In this document: one piece after another, positions 36,130 through 47,552 of the stretch | How the letters are laid out: every line of letters begins with the position of its first letter | Position numbering within the stretch: position 1 is the stretch's first letter | From: Lepidodermella squamata | Lineage: Eukaryota; Animalia; Gastrotricha | Assembly: GCA_047495785.1 (NCBI GenBank) | Contig: JBLDXI010000103.1 | Span: forward strand, 62,001 to 126,000 | Direction of reading: 5' to 3' | Length of the DNA: 64,000 bases | The notes under the pieces: model-generated | The model's database searches: none | What the model saw: only the letters and a program-made list of their open reading frames with translations | Told to the model about the DNA's origin: nothing | Made by a program: the position numbers and the translations under genes

Positions 36130-38052
36130 ATGGCTGAATTTTTCCGTGGTGTTTTGCCGCCGGCCGTTGGATCGCGTGCTCTCGCCAACGATGGCGTGGT
36201 CAACGACGGTGTGGCCATCAGCGGCCATCAGCGGCAATCAGACGATTTGGCCATCAGCGGTGTGGTCATCAGCAGGGAACAGCACAACTCCAACAGCACA
36301 ACGCTTGTAGGTTTCATTTACATTTTTTTATTTTTGTTACCATTTCGAATGCTCTTGATCATGCATTAAACAACTTTTGATACTGTTTCCTTCAATTGAG
36401 CCTTTTCCATTCATCTGTTACATAATACTGTAAAGCCATGAATTTCTTGTTTAGCGAATTTAATTTCTGCGTGACCGATTTTTACACCCATTTGCAAAAA
36501 GTCCTCGTAGGACATATGATTTTACATTATTTGTATTGTATTTATTTGGAGTTTATTTGTATTTTCAGGAGCATCAGTATTTCTACATAGCGATAATCGC
36601 CGTCACCAGCGTAACCGGCGCTATCGTAATTTGCTGCTGTTGCCTGTACATATTTACAAAAACCAGAGCTCTACGTGCTCGAATCGTCGGTAAGCTGTAA
36701 TTAATTTGCTTATTTTTTTTTATTCATGCTTTCTACTTCAGGCTGCCTCCGAGAGCGCGCCTTTGTTAGCGTTGACATTGGTTTGTTTGTTTTAGTTGCT
36801 AGATTCTTGTAATATTTTTTTCAACTCTAGAAACGATTCGCGGCGCGGTTTCGCCGTTGCTTGATAGTGTAGCAACGCCGTTTCGGCGTGCGTTCGCTCA
36901 CCTGAAAGACTTAAAAGATGCTGGGCAATCTGTTGCTGGTGCCAGCTCACCGGATGAAAACATTGGTAAAAGCTGAAACCCGAAATCGTAATTATCATGA
37001 TTATTCGTTTTTGCAGAATCTTGCGAATTTAAGGAGCCTGATCATCCTCAAGTGCCAGGTTTTGATTTGATTATCACACATTTCATTTGGCTAACATTGT
37101 TTTACCTAGGATCTTCTGAGATTGGGCCAACTCCTCGTGTCCCCGTGAAGCATGCTCGGGTCTGCGATGCCGATGCGAATGCCGCTGAACTCCGCGCCGC
37201 TAATGCCATGCGGCTCTTTCACATGGCGGAAGAACAGCGTGCCCGCCAAGAGGCGGCTACGCATGAAGCTGTACATTACGCTCGCGCGGCAGAGGCCCGT
37301 GCGGAGGTTGCCAATGCGCGAGCTGCGGCTGCCGAAGCACGGGTCGCTGCTGCAGAGGCGCAAGTTGCCGAGGCGATGGGCCTTCTACATGCCATCGAAA
37401 ATGCGATTACCGCTGAGCAGCAGCGGCTGGCTCAGTTACATGCTCAGTTACATCCGCCCAATTTCCATCTAACGCCTGGTTAGTTAACAATATTTTACAC
37501 CCTGTTTTTATAATTTATATATTTTTACAGGAGAGGAGGTTTCGGTCGATACAAATTTGTTCTCTACCCCAACGGCTCGCTCGCTCACTGGAAACAACGG
37601 TATCAACGATTTGTTATGCTTGTTAATTTTGTTTTAAAGTCTGAATTGGTTTTATAGACCCTACTAATGCTGCGCTGCCACCATCTTCATCTTCATCATC
37701 TTCAACTTCATCTTTACCGGAATGTCGACCCGACTTATCAGGTTCAGAGTCTGATCATGCTCCGGCTGCTTCGACTGCTCCGGCTGCTTCGACTGCTCCG
37801 GCTGGTTCGACTGCTCCGGCTGGTTCGACTGCTCCGGCTGGTTCGACTGCTCCGGCTGGTTCGACTGCTCCGACCGACCAGAAAAACATGCAGGACGCTA
37901 CAGCCGTTCGTTGCTACTGCAAAACCGGCTGTTTAGCCCAGTGCGGCTGCCGCAAAAATAACCGGCGTTGTAGCCCGGCGTGCTTCTGCGTAAGGTGGTT
38001 TAACTGTCAAAACACTGTGACAGTTAAACCACCTTGCGCAGAGGGCAATTAG
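36130..38052 (+). CDS. Membrane-anchored coiled-coil protein with a C-terminal CXC (tesmin/TSO1-like) domain (transposon cargo)
   Basis: Eight exons joined by GT-AG introns read through without stops: MAEFFRG...NSNSTTL|EHQYFYIAIIAVTSVTGAIVICCCCLYIFTKTR (TM), Ala/Glu/Arg coiled coil (about 37180-37450), (APAAST/APAGST)x6, then CYCKTGCLAQCGCRKNNRRCSPACFCVRWFNCQN; stop at 38050-38052. Confidence 0.75.
37759..37872 (+). repeat. 18-bp coding tandem repeat, about 6 copies
   Basis: (GCTCCGGCTG[C/G]TTCGACT)n. Confidence 0.9.
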
Positions 38053-38459
38053 ATTGGTTTGATCTTTGCTCTCAGATCGCGTGCTCTTCAGTCATAGAAC
38101 CATTAGATTTGTCAATTAAATTGCTGCGACATTCATAAAGTTGAGCATGCTGCTCAGTTTCAAAAATTGATTTGCTCCTCGATCTTATTTTTGATTGTAG
38201 ATTTTCGATTTTTTTGAACGATCATCTTCTTCTTATTTCTTATTTTTCTTCTTACTCGCTGCGTTAATAAATCTTCAGCATTCTTCGCATTCTTCAGCGT
38301 TAAAAAACGCTGCGTTTGCTTATTATTTCTTATTTTTCGATGGTTTTAACTCTTGATCATTTGATACTCGCGCCTGAAAAACTATTGTTTTTGACCGGTT
38401 TCGACTCTTACTTACCGTGATGCGGATAAATAAATACTACAAAATATAACTGCTCAAAT

Positions 38460-38605
38460 GAGACGTGGCAAGCGATTTCGGCCCTATCTCTATCTTCGCA
38501 GTCATTTGAAAATTGGGTGTTGCGCAATAATGATTATGCGTCAGCTGTTGCCTTTTCAAATGCCTGTGAAGATAGAGATAGGGCCGAAATCGCTTGCCAC
38601 GTCTC
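38460..38605. mobile_element. 146-bp MITE with GAG...CTC termini and a 4-bp AAAT TSD (Sola2/Sola3-like ends)
   Basis: AAAT|GAGACGTGGCAAGCGATTTCGGCCCTATCTCTATCTTC...GAAGATAGAGATAGGGCCGAAATCGCTTGCCACGTCTC|AAAT. Confidence 0.85.
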
Positions 38606-39479
38606 AAATGAATAATATCATAATATGTCGCCTAGTTGTTTCGCAACGATTATAACTCTTACGCCTGTTATACAACTTTTTCATCTTCTTCCTTCGTCTT
38701 CGTGACTGCCTTTTCCTTCGTGCCTTTTTCGTCGTGCCTGCCCTAATTTGATATTTTTTCATCTTTTTGACTCTTGCTCGTATTTTTGTTACTGCTTCGA
38801 ATCAAAACTCTTGCTGTTACGAGTTACGAGTTAGTTGTTGTTAGAGTACTCTTACTACTCCTGTTATTGCTTGACACTGTTTTGGCTCATACCTTACATC
38901 AAATTGCTCAAATTGAATATTTAGTCAAATATTTGGAATATGAATAATATTTAGTCAATAAATAGTACGATTTGGTAATTTGATAATTGATCTTTTCATT
39001 GTTTTTCATTCGAGAATCGGCGACTTTGCTGCCACAGGATGTACCATATATGCCGCAATAACATGCCATATATGCGCGGGGAAGTCGAATTTTCCTCATG
39101 AAAATGACCCGCGCGATTGTTCAAGTCAAGTTCTTAACATGAGCTGTCGATCGGTTCACTAAAGTGTGCCAGCTTTCAAATATTGGCACTGATCGTTCTA
39201 TTCATTTTGGCAATGCGAACATCAAATTCAAATCGAAAAATAAGTTCTCCCACGGAGCCGTCTGAGTCATCCCATCATTATCGAACAAGAAAATGAACCT
39301 TTCTAGCTGCAAACAGTGAATTTATTCATAACTTTCTCCTCAACACTTCATCAACACTATAATTTTAACATAACATAACTATATAATTTCAACACTGTAA
39401 TTATTGTTCTAAAATATTATAATAATGAATGCTCTGGAACAGCGCATAAATCTAACGTTTAGGTAAAGCAAAAAAATAA

Positions 39480-40285
39480 TCAAGTTTTCGGGTTACAATA
39501 ACAGCAAAACCACTTCAGCTTTACGATTGACTGAAATTGCGAGAACTCGCGATTGGTCAGCAATGAACAAGTTTTGTGAAAATACATATGGCAACAAGAG
39601 CACTCAATAGACAATTGTTCTTTTCGCGAATTAGGGTGGCTAAGATCTGAGAGACAGGCTCCGCAAGGCCATTGATATTTCAACTTTTTTGAGATAGATA
39701 CAGGAAAATGCCGACATGACCGTTTGGTGAAATTTTGAAGAACGTTTGATGACGCTGGACGGCGCCTATTGAAGGAGCCTAGGTCTCGATGTAGCAGCTG
39801 CCTTATGAAATCCTGAATCCGATCAAGGCTTGGAGTCGTTAAGAACGGGTTGTTTTCATTCATGGCTGACAACTCTTCGTGTATTTTCGAAGCTGTTTTT
39901 AGCCTGAAGTTTTCTTCTATAAACGCCTTACTGCCAACTGACATTCGAGAGATTTGGTATGGTAATGGATGAGTTGGATGGCTATTAGCAGAGCGTTGGA
40001 ATATCATTTCTCCGTTATCATAAATCGTCAATAAGGCCGTAGATCGACACTTCTCACTCGTTGTTTCGGCTAAGAACCTCCCATACCCCCTACAGCGAAA
40101 ATAAAAAGAACGTCTTCCAGAACCTGAAAAAGACTTATTATAATTAATCGAATATACCACATGTCCTGATTCTCACCAAGTTTTCTGGAATAGGTGAATT
40201 GAAGTTCTGGATAATTATCTTGTATATACTTCTTAGCAGCTAGAATTGAAGCACCAGCAGCAAATTTTACTTGGATTACATGCAT
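39480..40285 (-). CDS. WRKY/GCM1-like zinc-ribbon plus PHD finger protein (transposon cargo)
   Basis: Two exons with a phase-1 intron (gtgaga...ttcag): YSRKLG|SGRRSFYFRCRGYG...KCRSTALL...SHPTH, then a C4HC3 PHD (CGAC...IECSCCHMYFHKTC...WFCCYC). Confidence 0.75.
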
Positions 40286-40604
40286 TTCGATTTAAGTAGT
40301 ATTAATCATCCCTAGAAACTAAGAAGATGTGACAGGCGCAAAGAAGCCGTGCGCAAAAAGCATTAGCAAAAAAATCAGCAAAAAAATCAGGAAAGTTGGA
40401 GGGCGCCACAACAGCCTATAATCAGTGGCTTTTCCACTCACTCAGCGAAGCCTACAAACGCCGTCGTAGCAAGAAAGCTACCAGAAGACTTATTTGGAGA
40501 ATGATTTACAAAAGTAGAGAATATTTACATGAGGTAATTCCACGGAGCCAAAAATAGAGTATTATTTAACGCCGGAACTATAAGACACTACTATACTTCC
40601 AGAA

Positions 40605-40884
40605 CTATAAGAAAATAAAGTGTATTATCATCGGCTTGACTAGCGACGAGGGTGCCTCGTGCCTCGGGGTCTCAGGATCCCTGCTGCACGTCCACATGGT
40701 TTTAGCCGGGTGGAGCAGTCGTTTGCCTGGCACATTCACCCATCGCAATCGCAGGAGAACTTCATCAGGACTGACGTCGAGAACGGCACGAACGGCTTCG
40801 TTTTGCGCGTGTTGAAGACGATCCAGCTGGGTCTTGCAACCTTGATCGATGACGGCGTCGCAGTAGTTGAACTTCGACCCATCA
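40605..40884 (-). mobile_element. LINE RT C-terminal fragment related to the 16199 element
   Basis: NYCDAVIDQG...LDRLQHAQNEAVRAV...LRWVNV parallels NYGDLTLGQA...LAKLQSTQDRAVRII...LGWVNV. Confidence 0.7.
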
Positions 40885-41043
40885 TGTATGTATGTATGTA
40901 TGTATGTACGTTGGATTCGCACTAAGGCGGTCTTCCATCCAACGGACGCAGATGGGCGCGTCGAGGTAAGGTGGCGAGTTACCTCTTCTTTGTGTAGACG
41001 AAATCGTCCACGTATTCTGCTTTCAGTAATACTTTCAGGAGTT
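40885..41043 (-). mobile_element. Short retroposon 3' end with (CATA)n tail, copy 2
   Basis: Near-identical to 35568-35732. Confidence 0.65.
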
Positions 41044-41363
41044 CATCTCTGAGGATCTTCGGGTTTTCGGAAGATCTTATTGATGGCGGTAAGTCATTCC
41101 ACTTGCTAGCAGCACGAAATCGAAAGCTGAGATGGTGAGCTTGTCGAGGGATCAATTCATTTTTAGAAGCTTTTTAATCTTGAAGTTTATAATTTCTCTT
41201 TCAAAATGAATATCAAAATCTTTCAAGTTATGAATGTAAAATTACATTTTACCAGATTTTTATTCTCTAATAAGGGCCTTGACAGAACAAAAGCTTCCTT
41301 TGTCAATCATCCACTTTTGGCGCGCTTCGTCTTGCGTTCATTTTTTCGACTCCTTGTTGCAAA

Positions 41364-43038
41364 ATGAATGCTACGACATATTATCTGATAACAATTATCG
41401 CCATCTATGCTCATGTCGATGGAAAAATTGAAAAACGCACGGTGAAACTATCTCCTGTTTTGGAGAACCCTCTTGCTGATGCGCCAGATATCGACTGGGA
41501 AAATGTGACGGATGGGTTTTTTACCGGGCCAGTAAATACCGAGTGTGAGACAGTAGCTTACATTTGGGGTAAGTATTTGGATTCATTTTCGAACATTGAT
41601 CGCTAAAAAACATGTTTTTCTCTAAAGAGGGGCATTACTATCTTGGAAAACTTATGGCTGTAAAAACGGGCAAAGATAAACGAGACTGTGGAGATAAGGT
41701 GAGCCCTTTAACCTGACTTAAACATCATTGGGTTCGTTTTCATGACTCAGATCATCAAAGATATGAAGGAGGTTGTCAAAAAAACATTTCCTCTCACTGC
41801 AGATGATTTGGTGAGCAAATTATTTTAGTGAACATGAGTTAACTCAAGTGAATTTTATTGTTAGAAATCCTACACTTTCCGGATTCTTGTATGTATCAAT
41901 CCCTCTTATGAAACTGCCTGCAAAGAGGGAGCTGATATTTTGGCTTGTATGAAGGTTATTTAATTGCTTAATCTTTCAATTTGATGAATTTCTATTAAAA
42001 GGCCTTTGACGAGAAGAATACTGGAAACTTACTCCCTGGATTGGTATGTAATAAGCATTTTTCCAGAGCAGTTTGCTCATTTGATTTATTCTCAGATATC
42101 CATAGCTTACTTTATCGACTTCGCTGAGGACACAAGCTGCATGCTGCGTAGCTATTCGAAGGTGTGGCTTACTCAAACGCTATGGGATCTCAGTGTTTCC
42201 GTTCCGGTGAGAGAAATGTTCACAAACTGGATACCAAGTTTAGTCAGGGCCATTTCTTTGGCTCATACCCCTATTCAATCCACGCTTGAATATTTTGCGA
42301 AAAAATCCACCCTGGTCCGGGAAGTTTTAGCTCAGGTACGTTTCTGGCAAACGATGATCATAATTTTGACTTTAATTGTCTTAGATTTCAATTTTTATCA
42401 TCAGAAGTCCGAATTTTTCAGCCTATCAGTGCTATTTCTACATCGTGGTAGCTTTGTATCTATTATACCAATATTACTACTCGGGATCAGATTCTATGCG
42501 AAACAGGCTACTAATGCAACTAATGCTACTGGCGGTCTGCGGTGCCTTGGAATTAGTTGTAACAAGCTATGCAACCGAGATAAAGATTTAAGACACGGTC
42601 ATAGTAACCCAATTTGTCGCTCTATCGCTGCGTTATTTATATGTGAGCGAGCTATATCTTAACCGACCTCTGATGTGGTATTTATCTCTCATTTACATCT
42701 TATCTTTTTTGGCTGTTGCGCGCATGATTGAGAAATACATGAATAGAGAAGATGGTGGTGGTGGTGGTGTGACAAACGATTCAGACCGTGAGGTTATTGC
42801 TACTAATAAAATTGAGCCCATAGTTAATTTGAAAACTACTGAAACAAGTAGCAGACTAGCCTCCGATCCATCTTCGTCTGTCTTGCGATCTGGAAGAAGA
42901 ATCGTCCATAGCGAAAGCAGTCGTGTCATTGCCGAAGAAAAACGTGACGTGGGCAACAATGAATCGTCATCTAAGAGCGAAGAAAGTCGTTCAAGTATTA
43001 TTCAGCCTTTGATCAATCGCTTTCGGCCATTTCGATAG
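41364..43038 (+). pseudogene. Brambleberry/GEX1/KAR5-like nuclear-membrane protein (cargo; one in-frame stop)
   Basis: Six exons: signal peptide; Cys domain RDCGDKIIKDMK...LTADDLKSYTFRILVC...ACKEGADILACMKAFD...AYFIDFAEDTSC; then 3-4 hydrophobic spans (YFYIVVALYLLY...RNRLLMQLMLLAVCGALE...) and a Ser-rich basic tail. TAA at 42589-42591. Confidence 0.6.
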
Positions 43039-43411
43039 TATAGATCTTGCTACTTTAACCAGCAACAAGGAACTCTTTAGCAAGGAACTCTAGCATGTTG
43101 TAGGTAACCTAAGGAAATCTCCGCCTCTGGCTTTTTATTGATAATTGATATTGATATTTGATATTGCAAAATATTGCGTTTTATTAGTAGTCCTTTAACT
43201 CTTGTGCGCGAATCTAGCCAATTAATTATTATTTTGTGGTTATCATCTTCATTTTTCCTTTTTGCACGCCTTCTAAGAATGTAAATTCACTGTCAATTAT
43301 AATAAAATACAAGTGTGATCTATTATTTGATAATTATAGCTACCCACAACTAAGAAATAAATGTTTAATTTTCTAAATTTCTCTCACATTTTAGTCAGTT
43401 TTATTTATCGT

Positions 43412-44912
43412 ATGGCATACCGCAAATTTCACGCAGAGTTTAATGTTCTAACGATAATTTGGAGCTCAGCAATTCTATCTGAGGCATTCTGTTTAACAAC
43501 CAACAACTGCGAAAATTTCGAAGAAATTAGTGTTCCGCCGTGGGCCCTCGTTGAGGATGGGGCATACCAGATTTCCTTTTCAGACTATTCGCCGCCGATC
43601 CCTTCTCAAGTGTGCTTAACTAAGTCGGAATTATGGCAACTTAATTATTTATTTTGGATAAACAAGGTAAGGTTTTGGTTTGCCTTTTGGATATTTAATG
43701 AAAAACTTTATGCCAGTACCGAATAATACCAGCATCAATACAAGATGTGGCTAAATTGGAGATTTATACTGGCAACGATTGCTCTGAAAAGCTCGCTGCT
43801 AGATGCTGTGCAGTAACTGCAAACCGTCGTTCGCCCGGCATTCTTCAGATTATGTCACTATTTCTACCAAGCTTATTTGATGCATCAGACGAGGACGATA
43901 AAGATGCCTTCGAGACGGCGCTTGTGTCGGCCTTTGATTACTACAGCATTGCTATATGCCCCTTGAATTCGACTGTCGATCTGCAATTGGCTGAAAGTTA
44001 TTTTGATTTTAATAATTTCATTGTCACGCTAACAGGTGTTCTAATGGTTGTAGCATCGAAATGGCTAACTGAAACGAATCTAGCTTATTATAGTTTTTGT
44101 TCGATGAGCGGAAGTTAAGCGGGGATAGCTGCTGCGTTTTATTTTATATCACAATTGTACAATACTAAAAGGCCTGTTGCCTATGTGTTGCTGTCATTTA
44201 TCGCTGGATCATATGCCTCTTTTGAATACCTAAATTATACGATTGATAATGCACATAATATTTTATACGCCTTAATATTTTTGTGTTCTTGCTCTGCGTT
44301 TGTTATTTCTTGGATAAACGGTCCTTTGGTCTCGAGTAGGCCGAAAATGGCGATAAACGTTGTTTTGATCATAACGGGCTTTTTTTAATATATTACGGAA
44401 CCTCATTCAAGCCACAACATACAGCGTTATTTTTCGTGCCAAGTTTTACCTTTTTAGTTTATTCCAGCTTAAAGAATACAATTTATATGAGCCTAGCCCT
44501 AATAACTGGAAAAAAATCCGTGGAGACTGGCCCTGGAGTTGCCGTAGTTGGGAATGGTCTTGACGATGCGATAGTTGGCGCTAGCCCCAAATCTAAAGCC
44601 CCTACAGCTGTAGAGACTGAACAAGTTCCCAGCGTGGTAGCTGTAGGTCTTGCAGGAGAAGGCAGAATAGATACGCCGCCTACCAGACTCATTGCTTTTC
44701 CTTATATTTCTGAAGCAGAATTTGAGTATCAAAGTATACAATATACCGCTGAACAGCTAACTGCCTTGCGCAATTTTGCTACCGCTAATATGGCAACCGT
44801 AGTTGCTAGGATAACCCATCTTCGTCAATTTATGGCATTTCTAACCGGAGTTAATTTATATGTAGTTAGACAGGAAGCCCAGCCGTCCGCCCAGGCAAAT
44901 GATGTGCAATGA
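43412..44912 (+). pseudogene. NEMP (TMEM194)-like inner nuclear membrane protein (cargo; one stop and one frameshift)
   Basis: Signal peptide; intron 43667-43716; TM region FDFNNFIVTLTGVLMVVASKWLTETNLAYYS...NGPLVSSR; C-terminal ISEAEFEYQSIQYTAEQLTALRNF...TVVARITHLRQFMAFLTG. These match the NEMP1 motifs LSRSxxFYYS, YGPLxxxR and LTEEEYxxQGxxETxKALxELRxF...VSRIxSPxRFAxFVEG. TAA at 44116; 1-nt loss in the T-run near 44385. Confidence 0.8.
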
Positions 44913-45455
44913 CGAACATTATTATAATCTCACATGAATATGATTTATAATGCCATTATGATGAAGGTCCCGCAATATTTTTTGCATGCAATCTTTGGAC
45001 TTTCTCAATGTTCTTGCGTTACCTATAAAACCGAAAACAACTACAGTGCAAGTCGTCTAAATCGGACTCGGGTCGCGCTCGGGCCGCGCTCGGGTCGCTC
45101 GGGTCGCTCGGGTTGCGAATTCCAGACTCCCAAAATCCGTCAGGTTTATACCACCAGACCGGTTGAGAATGAAGTCCACACTTTTGGACTCAAAAACTTC
45201 CGGTTTAGACAACTTTCACTGTATATTATAAATATTATACCGATCTCATCTCACAATAAAATTATATTGTATAAGCTAGAAAGTATTTTTTATAAAAGTT
45301 TTCTTATATTTCTTATTGCTTCTTTGTTTATTTCTCCGTTTTCCGCACATTAACCAACAATTAAACCGTTAAACAACTCCGTTAAAAAGTGTGATGTGCA
45401 TTTCAGCTATTTAAATTTATTCTAACTTTAGTCGATTAATTTTTTGAGAATATTT

Positions 45456-45794
45456 ATGGCCACAACGACTTGTCGGGAGGCAACGATTGAGGAGATTGAA
45501 CGTTGCCGTTTATTCAATCTCGATTGTTCGGGTCTATGCCCCGCCTTTAACCCGACAACGTCGCCAGCCAACAATGTGCCGCCTGGCCTTTCAACCCCGA
45601 TGTTGATTGGTCTAATATGCGGGGGGGTAGTGCTTTTGTTAGCAGTCGTGGCCGCGACAGGGGCTGTAATCGTCATTTGTCGGCGCAGGCGTCGTTATGC
45701 CCCTATCGATCAACATCATCAATCTACAATTCAATTGTGCTTGTTCGCGTCGAACGAACAAGGCGCTGCCGATGAGAATGCTGTAACAGCCTGA
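45456..45794 (+). CDS. Small Cys-rich single-pass membrane protein, subfamily A copy 1 (cargo)
   Basis: C-x10-CRL-x4-C-x3-C, Pro/Thr linker, TM, RRRRRY, LCLFASNE...VTA. Confidence 0.75.
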   Translation: MATTTCREATIEEIERCRLFNLDCSGLCPAFNPTTSPANNVPPGLSTPMLIGLICGGVVLLLAVVAATGAVIVICRRRRRYAPIDQHHQSTIQLCLFASNEQGAADENAVTA

Positions 45795-46011
45795 TCAAAA
45801 CATCGACTTTGTTTTTACCTAGTTTTTTATGGCCTTGCCTGTTACTTGCCTGTAACTTAACAATAATTTTTCGAAGAATTGATTGTTCCTTAATTCGTGC
45901 AAAAAATGATATATATTATTGAAATATTATTATAAATATTATTAAACCATAAATAATTGAATTATTTTCGTTTTTTTAGATATTACATTCAATCTCGTAT
46001 TACATTCTCAA

Positions 46012-46250
46012 ATGCCTTGCGTGTCATTTAGTTTTGACGACCTGGTAAAATGCCGCCTTGAATTGTGAGACAACTGTGATAATTTCTGCAATGGGGCGAC
46101 TCCCATCACAGAGCCTGGTGTTTCCACCACGTCCGGCGCAGTAACCTCGCCTAGCCTGACTTCTAGCCTGGTTTCTACCACAACACCCACCACACCCGCT
46201 GCCGATACGCCGAAAACTGACGAAAAATCTATTGGTCGTTTTTGTCGTTT
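46012..46250 (+). pseudogene. Small Cys-rich membrane protein, subfamily B copy 1 (disrupted)
   Basis: MPCVSFSFDDLVKCRLEL*DNCDNFC...ADTPKTD is paralogous to 48091-48441; TGA at 46066 and the TM is lost. Confidence 0.7.
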
Positions 46251-46394
46251 CAACTTCCACTGCTACTTCCCCTGCAATTGTAAACTTTGGTTACCTGAGT
46301 CAACAGAGATGAAATCTCTCTCTCTCTCTCTCGTTTTTATCGAAATCATGAGCATGAAATCACGAAGTTCATGTTCAAGTCATGTTCAACTCCT

Positions 46395-46632
46395 GGGAGT
46401 TCCTGTTCTACTAGTCAAATTGAAAATCGCACAGAGCGTAAAATGCGAGCTTGGGTGCAATCACCGCGCTTCATCGAATCAAGAAGGGAGTTCCTGTTCT
46501 AGTCAAATTGATAGTCACAGAGAGCGTAAAATGCGAGCTTGGGTTCAATCACCACGCTTCATCGAATCAAGAAGAGAGTTCCTGTTCAAGTCTGACTGAT
46601 AGTCACACATGCCGTAAAAGGCGAGCTTGGTT
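46395..46632. repeat. Tandem repeat of about 90 bp, roughly 2.5 copies
   Basis: gagttcctgttc...cacagagcgtaaaatgcgagcttgggt...cgcttcatcgaatcaagaag is repeated. Confidence 0.75.
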
Positions 46633-47552
46633 TTTGTATCAGTATTAGTCTGATTTAGTCTTCCTCATTGTGTTGGAAAAGAAAAAAAAATTAGTCGGTA
46701 TAATCGAATTCAGAAACTCAGATGTACTCGATGTGTTAGATAAACGGAATTTCCATGGCCAATCGGAGACATTTCCGCAATCCGATATACTACAGGATTT
46801 GTGCCCAATTTTCAGATTTCTTCACCGGGGCCAGTGATGCGCGAAAACATTAGCGGCTGATGTGGAGAAAACGTCTTTTCTTTGCGCTTATAAAGCCCCG
46901 CTTGAATTCCTCAACTGCTTCGACAACTGTCGCGTTTCATGACAACTGTCATGTGGAGAACCAGGCCAGACTATTCCAAGTCCTGACTTCGGCCGGACTT
47001 CGGAATTTTTAGTAGTCCAGTCAGTAGCTTCGTCCAAAACGCGTCTGCATATTACGCGTCAGCTTCGTCCTTTTCGTCCGGCTACGAGAAGTTCAGTAGT
47101 TCAGCTTGCCAGGAGTTTGCCAAGGTTTCGATTCTCTAAACGAAAAATCGATTCCATGTGACAAGCATCACAGGTCTGGATATGCTTTTGTATGCAATTT
47201 TGATGGTAGAATTGTTTCCGCATTTTTGAAAATGGAATAAGTTCGCGCAGTTGATTTATAACATGCGAGAACAACGGCCGTGAATACACATACACTTCTC
47301 AAAGATTGAAATAGCGGACGGAACCCAGCTCAATTTGGAGCTTAAGAATTTATAGAAAAATAGCTTCTATAGAAAAATGTAAGGGCCGAAAAGTGTGCAC
47401 TTGGAGAATGCGAGGGACTAGAAAATCGAATGGACTGAGTGATCGTGATTTACGAAAAATTGAAATTGCTTGCATATTTAAATTTATCGAATCGAATCAA
47501 ATTTGTGTTAAATAATTGCATTTATTAAATTTTAGTGTTCAATTTTTATTAA

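Noticed and set aside
37667-37936. Leu/Arg-repeat protein (LLRLVR)n in the ORF track
   Set aside because: Shadow frame of the 18-bp repeat; the spliced frame reads APAGST and leads into the CXC domain.
42589-44118. Alternative genetic code explaining in-frame stops in cargo genes
   Set aside because: The lesions are mixed (TAA, TGA, frameshifts, a splice mutation) and TAA/TAG/TGA end normal genes in the window; ordinary decay explains them.
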